A program made the position numbers and the translations under genes. Shown here one piece after another: positions 58,030 through 64,000 of a stretch of DNA of 64,000 nucleotides. The notes under the pieces are model-generated. The model was not told where the DNA came from, searched no databases, and was given only the letters and a program-made list of their open reading frames with translations. Source of the DNA: Nannocystis bainbridge (GTDB taxonomy: Bacteria; Myxococcota_A; Polyangia; Nannocystales; Nannocystaceae). The number at the start of each line of letters is the position of its first letter. Position 1 is the stretch's first letter. The stretch covers positions 1,824,001-1,888,000 of the forward strand of contig NZ_JAQNDL010000001.1 in the NCBI RefSeq assembly GCF_028368995.1, written 5' to 3'.

Positions 58030-59562
58030 ATGGCTCTGCCTCGCTTCCTGGCGCCGCTCCTGACCGTCGTGCTTCTCGGCGCGGGCGGTTTTTATGCTTA
58101 CCAGCGCTTCGCCGTCACCGAGGCGCCGGCGGTCGAGTACCGGACCCAGCCGGTCGAGCGCGCGCGCCTGACCGCGACGGTCACCGCCAGCGGCACGCTG
58201 TCGCCGGTCAAGACGGTCGCGGTCGGCAGCCAGGTGTCGGGGCGGATCGTCGAGCTGTTCGCCGACTTCAACTCCGAGGTCAAGAAGGGCGACGTGATCG
58301 CCCGCATCGATCCGAGCCTGTTCCAGTCGGACCTGATGAAGACCAAGGCCAGCTACAAGTCGTCGCAGGCCGCGGTGACGCGGGCGATCGCCGACCGCGA
58401 GAACGCGCGCATCAACCTCGACCGCGCCAAGCAGCTGCTCGCCGACAAGGTCGCGCCGCAGGCCGAGGTCGACGCCGCCGACGCCGCCTACAAGGTCGCC
58501 AAGGCCAGCGTGGAGTCGGCGCAGGCGGCCCTGGCGGTGTCCAAGGCGGCGATCGACACCGCCGACGTCAACCTGCTCTACACGACGATCCTCTCGCCGA
58601 TCGACGGTGTCGTGATCTCGCGCGACGTGTCGGTCGGGCAGACGGTCGCGGCCTCGCTGTCGGCGCCGCAGCTGTTCTCGATCGCCGAGGACCTCAAGGC
58701 GATGGAGGTCCACACCAACGTGGCCGAGTCCGATGTCGGCGCGCTCAAGCAGGACATGAAGGTCCGCTTCACCGTCGACGCCTACCCCAACGAGCGCTTC
58801 TTCGGCACGGTGGCGCAGATCCGCAACTCGCCGCTGACGCTGCAGAACGTGGTCACCTACGACGCGGTGGTCCGCGTCGACAACGACTCGCTCAAGCTGC
58901 GCCCCGGCATGACCGCGAGCGTGACGTTCATCGTCGACGAGCGCCGCGACGCGCTGGCCGTCCCCAACGCGGCGCTCCGCTTCACCCCGTCCGACCCGAA
59001 GCTGGCCGCGCTGGCGCCGAAGTCGGCGGGCGGCGAGCGGGGGGGCAAACGCGGGGGCAAGCGCGGCGAGGACTCCGGCGAAGCCAAGGCCGAAGAGACC
59101 AAAACCGAAGACGCCAAGACGGAAGCCGTCGACGCCAAGGCCGATGTCGCGGACGCCAAGGCCGATACGAAGAGCGCCAAGGTCGATGCCAAGGGCGCCA
59201 AGCCCGACACCAAGGCCGACGCCAAGCCCGAGGACACCAAGGCTGCCGAGGCGCCGGCCGAGGACAGCAAGGGCGAGCGGCGGCGGCGTCGCGGGCAGAG
59301 CTCGGAGCTCGACAACAACCGCACCGTGTGGGCGCTCGTCGACGGCCAGCCGAAGCCGGTGCCGGTGCAGATCGGGATCAGCGACGGGGCGATGACGGAG
59401 ATCGTCGGCGGCGAGCTGACCGAGGGCATGCTGGTGATCGTCGGCGCGACCGGGGGCGAGCCGGTGACGAAGGCGGCCACGGGGTCGCCGTTCAACACCA
59501 TGGGCGGCGCGGGCGGTCGCGGCGGCGGCGGCGGCGGCGGCGGTCGTCGCGGCGGGTTCTGA
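58030..59562 (+). CDS. MacA-like periplasmic adaptor (membrane fusion protein)
   Basis: ASGTL.P...VGSQVSG, SPIDGVV, GQTVAASL, LRPGMTA, VPNAALRF; DAK-rich insert; Gly-rich tail. Confidence 0.93.
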   Translation: MALPRFLAPLLTVVLLGAGGFYAYQRFAVTEAPAVEYRTQPVERARLTATVTASGTLSPVKTVAVGSQVSGRIVELFADFNSEVKKGDVIARIDPSLFQSDLMKTKASYKSSQAAVTRAIADRENARINLDRAKQLLADKVAPQAEVDAADAAYKVAKASVESAQAALAVSKAAIDTADVNLLYTTILSPIDGVVISRDVSVGQTVAASLSAPQLFSIAEDLKAMEVHTNVAESDVGALKQDMKVRFTVDAYPNERFFGTVAQIRNSPLTLQNVVTYDAVVRVDNDSLKLRPGMTASVTFIVDERRDALAVPNAALRFTPSDPKLAALAPKSAGGERGGKRGGKRGEDSGEAKAEETKTEDAKTEAVDAKADVADAKADTKSAKVDAKGAKPDTKADAKPEDTKAAEAPAEDSKGERRRRRGQSSELDNNRTVWALVDGQPKPVPVQIGISDGAMTEIVGGELTEGMLVIVGATGGEPVTKAATGSPFNTMGGAGGRGGGGGGGGRRGGF

Positions 59563-59575
59563 ACGGAGCAGGGCG

Positions 59576-60309
59576 ATGTCCGAGCCGATCCTCGAGGCCG
59601 TCGATCTGGTCAAGACCTACACGATGGAGGACGTCGAGGTCCGGGCGCTGCGCGGCGTGTCGCTGGCGGTCCGGCCGGGCGAGTTCGTCGCCATCATGGG
59701 CACCTCCGGCTCCGGCAAGTCGACGATGATGAACATCCTCGGCTGCCTCGACCGCCCGACCTCCGGCAGCTACAAGCTGGCCGGCAAAGAGGTGTCGAAG
59801 CTCGGGCGCGGCGACCTGGCGACGGTCCGCAACAAGGTGCTCGGCTTCGTGTTCCAGAGCTTCAACCTGCTGGCCCGCACCAGCGCGCAGGAGAACGTCG
59901 AGCTGCCGATGGTCTACGCCGGCATCGGCGGGGCCGAGCGGCGCGAGCGGGCGACCTTCTCGCTCGAGAAGGTCGGCCTCGGCAAGCGGCTCGACCACAC
60001 GCCGGCGCAGCTGTCGGGCGGCCAGCAGCAGCGCGTCGCCATCGCCCGCGCGATCGTCAACCGGCCCAAGGTGATCCTCGCCGACGAGCCGACCGGCAAC
60101 CTCGACTCGCGCACCAGCCTCGAGATCATGGCGCTGTTCCAGGAGCTCGGCCGCTCGGGCATCACCATCGTGCTCGTCACCCACGAGCCCGACATCGCCG
60201 AGTTCACCAGCCGCGTGGTGATGATGCGCGACGGCAAGATCCTGTCGGACGTCGCGCAGGCGCCGGTCGACGCCCGCACGGCGCTGGCCAACTTCCAGGA
60301 GGGGGACGC

Positions 60310-60313
<4 letters not shown>
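59576..60313 (+). CDS. MacB/LolD-like ABC ATPase
   Basis: GTSGSGKST, LSGGQQQRVAIARA, LADEPTGNLD, VTHE. Confidence 0.95.
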
Positions 60314-61537
<1,224 letters not shown>

Positions 61538-61539
<2 letters not shown>

Positions 61540-61559
61540 CATGTCCCCGGGGACATGTC
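61538..61559. repeat. Perfect 22-bp palindrome GACATGTCCCCGGGGACATGTC (REP-like)
   Basis: Self-reverse-complementary; starts at the permease stop codon. Confidence 0.85.
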
Positions 61560-61642
61560 CTCGGGGCCATCGTGCGAAAACGTCCCCGCCCCGCCCGCGA
61601 GCTGCGGGCGCGCGCCGGGGCCGTCGGGTATAGTCGGGGCTG

Positions 61643-63319
61643 ATGCCCGTCGCCCCGCCGAACGACCTCGATCAGATGTTGCAGGTGCTCGCCGACGGCG
61701 GCGAGCAGGCCCGCGAGCACCTGCTCGACCACCTGCGCGTGCTGGTGTCGCAGGGCTCGCCGGCGGCGTTCTCGCTGCGCGCGGCGCTGATCAAGATCCT
61801 GTCCGCCGACACGGCCGGGCGCGTCGACGACGAGGAGCACCCGGGCTCGTGGACCCGCTCGTGGCAGATGTCGGCGCTGGTGGTGGTCGCTGGCGACGAC
61901 GCCGAGGCGCGCGCGCTGATGGACGCGGCCAGCGACCGCGCGCGCGAGCCCAACCGGTGGGTCCGCTACTGGACGATCGTCACCGCCAACGAGCGCAAGG
62001 AGCACCACGCGTGGACCCTGGCGCGCGCGCGCGCCCTGGCCGAGGACACCGGCGAGCGCCTGCAGCTGCGCTGCCTCGCCTGGGCGCTGCTGGCGGCCGA
62101 CCACGAGGACCGCGACGCGGTCGCGGCGCTGCTGTGGTGCATCGACGGCGCGCCGCAGCCGGTGCCGGCGGGCAACCGCTACCTGGTCGAAGGGCCAGTC
62201 GACCCGACGCACGCCCAGAGCGCCGCGCTGCGGGCGCTGCGGGCCACGCCGCTGGCGCAGGCGTTCGACCACGTGCAGGCGATCGTCGACGCCGCGCCGT
62301 TCGCCTCGTACACGTGGGACGCGGTGTCGGTGATGGCCCGCTTCGGCGGCACCTCGCGCGCGGCCGAGGCCTCGCACACGCTGGCGCGCTTCGTCGTCAC
62401 CAACCGGCGCCGGCGCGAGTACTACGACATGGTCGGCCTGGCGGTGCGGGCGATCGGCCGCCTCGGCATCGCCCAGACCGACCTGCTGATGGCCGAGCTC
62501 GACAGCGCCAGCCCCGGCGTCGCCTTCGAGGCCGCCGGCGCGCTCGAGCTGCTGCTCACCACCTCGCGCGCGGTCGAGCGGATCCTCGACGTCGCCACCG
62601 CCAGCAGCGACCGCGACGACAAGCTGGCGTCGGCGCTGCGCAGCATGCAGCGCGCGGCGGTGGTCGAGACGCTGGCGGCCGGGCTGCGCTGCGGCAACAT
62701 GACCCGCGAGACGGCCGCGCGCCGGCTGCTGATCGAGCTCGGCGGGTCGGTGGCGATCGACCGCCTGCAGATCCGCCACCAGGACCTCGAGAGCCGGCGC
62801 AAGGTGGTGGCCGACCTCGACGACCGCCAGCGCGAGCACATCCGCTGGATCGCGCTCGGCGACGGCGTCGCCACCTGGATCTCGGTCGGCATGTGGATCG
62901 TGGTGTTCCTGGTCGGCGTCACCGCGATCTCGGGCGGCCTGCTGCTGACGTTCCGCGAGGGCTACGACGCGTTCCAGGCGCTCGTGCTGGCCGGCGCCGG
63001 GACCGTGTTCACCCTGCTCGGCAAGGTCGGCTTCCAGGGCCGCCTGGTCGAGGTCGCGGGCGCCCGCGCGGCCGCCCGCCTGGCGGTGTTCAACGGCTAC
63101 CAGCGGCGCCTGCAGCAGGTCGACCTGGTGCTGGCGCAGCGCTTCATCGACGGCGTCCAGGTCAGCGCCGAGGACCTGCGCGAGCTGTCGTCGCTGGTCT
63201 CGACCGCGCAGACCGAGGCCCAGTCGTCGCTGCTGGCGCTGATCCCCAGCGACAAGGAGTCCGACGCGCTGCAGAAGCGGCTGGCCCAGGCCGTCCACTC
63301 GGCGGGCGGCGAGGCCTGA
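61643..63319 (+). CDS. HEAT-like repeat protein with C-terminal two-TM domain
   Basis: Helical repeats (AVRAIGRLG, AAGALELL, RETAARRLL.ELGG); two hydrophobic helices near the C-terminus. Confidence 0.75.
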   Translation: MPVAPPNDLDQMLQVLADGGEQAREHLLDHLRVLVSQGSPAAFSLRAALIKILSADTAGRVDDEEHPGSWTRSWQMSALVVVAGDDAEARALMDAASDRAREPNRWVRYWTIVTANERKEHHAWTLARARALAEDTGERLQLRCLAWALLAADHEDRDAVAALLWCIDGAPQPVPAGNRYLVEGPVDPTHAQSAALRALRATPLAQAFDHVQAIVDAAPFASYTWDAVSVMARFGGTSRAAEASHTLARFVVTNRRRREYYDMVGLAVRAIGRLGIAQTDLLMAELDSASPGVAFEAAGALELLLTTSRAVERILDVATASSDRDDKLASALRSMQRAAVVETLAAGLRCGNMTRETAARRLLIELGGSVAIDRLQIRHQDLESRRKVVADLDDRQREHIRWIALGDGVATWISVGMWIVVFLVGVTAISGGLLLTFREGYDAFQALVLAGAGTVFTLLGKVGFQGRLVEVAGARAAARLAVFNGYQRRLQQVDLVLAQRFIDGVQVSAEDLRELSSLVSTAQTEAQSSLLALIPSDKESDALQKRLAQAVHSAGGEA

Positions 63320-63320
63320 G

Positions 63321-63403
63321 GTCCCCGGGGACATGTCCATCACGCCATGTCGTCCAGGACATGCTCTCTTGAGCATGTCCTGGGGGACATGTCGTGATGG
63401 ACA
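63321..63403. repeat. CATG-rich REP-like element with 32-bp-arm hairpin between convergent genes
   Basis: Arms 63335-63366 and 63371-63402 (3 mismatches, TCTT loop); 63321-63338 is identical to 61543-61560. Confidence 0.85.
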
Positions 63404-63449
63404 CCTGCGAACAGGCGCCCATCCCCTGCGGAGAGCCGGGCCGGCGCGC

Positions 63450-63827
63450 TCAGTCGACCGCGACCACGCGCACGGGGATGCACTCCTCTTCTTCGTACTC
63501 GACCTCGACGGCGATGCAGGTCTCGCCGACCGACACGCCGACGAGCACGAAGTTGTGGGCCCCGGGCGTCGCCTCGGCCAGCAGGACGTCGCGGTCCTGG
63601 CTGACCAGCGCGAGCGCGTCCTTGTTGGTGAACTCGATGCGGGCGCTGCTCTCGATCGTCACGTGGACCGCGACGGCGATGCCGACCGGGACCTCGAGCT
63701 CGTCGCCGGTCAGGCGCACCGGCACAGGCGGCTGGCTGCGCACCTCGAAGGTCACCGTCTGGTAGCGCGGGCCGCAGGCGGCGAGCAGCCCGGCGGCGGC
63801 GAGGGTCATGAAGGCGGAGCGGATCAC
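63450..63827 (-). CDS. Small hypothetical lipoprotein
   Basis: GTG start, LLAAC lipobox, beta-rich Ig-like mature part. Confidence 0.75.
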   Translation of the reverse strand: MIRSAFMTLAAAGLLAACGPRYQTVTFEVRSQPPVPVRLTGDELEVPVGIAVAVHVTIESSARIEFTNKDALALVSQDRDVLLAEATPGAHNFVLVGVSVGETCIAVEVEYEEEECIPVRVVAVD

Positions 63828-64000
63828 AGCGCACCTCCCGTCGTGTCGGAGGTCGAGTCCCCGGTGCTGGCGTCGGTCGTGCCGTCGCTCGTCGCGTCGG
63901 TCGTGCTCGCGTCGGTCGTGCTCGCGTCGGTCGTGCTTTCGTCGGTCGTGCTGTCGCTCGTCGCGTCGGTCGTGGTCAGCGGTGGTTCGCCCGACTCGAC
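63824..64000 (-). CDS. 3' end of a Ser/Thr/Asp-rich protein (partial)
   Basis: Manual translation ...STTDESTTDASTTDASTTDA...GGAL*; its stop overlaps the GTG of the next gene. Confidence 0.65.
   Translation of the reverse strand, partial: VESGEPPLTTTDATSDSTTDESTTDASTTDASTTDATSDGTTDASTGDSTSDTTGGAL

Noticed and set aside
63850-63975. GTCGGTCGTG short tandem repeats (similar: 25749-25785 and the DAK-rich insert at 59070-59270)
   Set aside because: They encode low-complexity linkers (STTDA, DGST, DAK) inside proteins.

Overview
This is a very GC-rich window, most likely from a myxobacterium (Nannocystis-like). That is inferred from a MYXO-CTERM-tailed M36 peptidase, many Ser/Thr-rich lipoproteins and a eukaryotic-type kinase fold. 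It holds about 50 CDSs: transporters (ABC, Mla/Mce, MacAB-like, CPA2, AI-2E, MgtA), four divergent regulator/enzyme pairs, secreted M36 and M4 peptidases, a wax ester synthase and scattered immunity-like genes. The most striking feature is a tightly coupled minus-strand operon at 50075-55521. Its order is PAAR with a Tse6/Ntox46-like NAD(P)+ase, a Tsi6-like immunity/degenerate FHA/DUF4123 chaperone fusion, an internally duplicated co-chaperone-like protein, an animal-type protein-arginine deiminase (PAD) with an intact catalytic tetrad, and an ATGA-coupled unknown protein. This mirrors the P. aeruginosa PAAR4-TecT-coTecT-TseT-TsiT layout and suggests a T6SS-delivered citrullinating effector with a new immunity protein (inference). 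Also seen: an 81-bp direct repeat bracketing a decaying ~12.9-kb block (37053-50039), a family of CATG-rich intergenic palindromes, and a probable unannotated 45-aa ORF. No rRNA, tRNA, CRISPR array, transposase or integrase was recognised. All family calls come from motif recognition by eye, not database searches.
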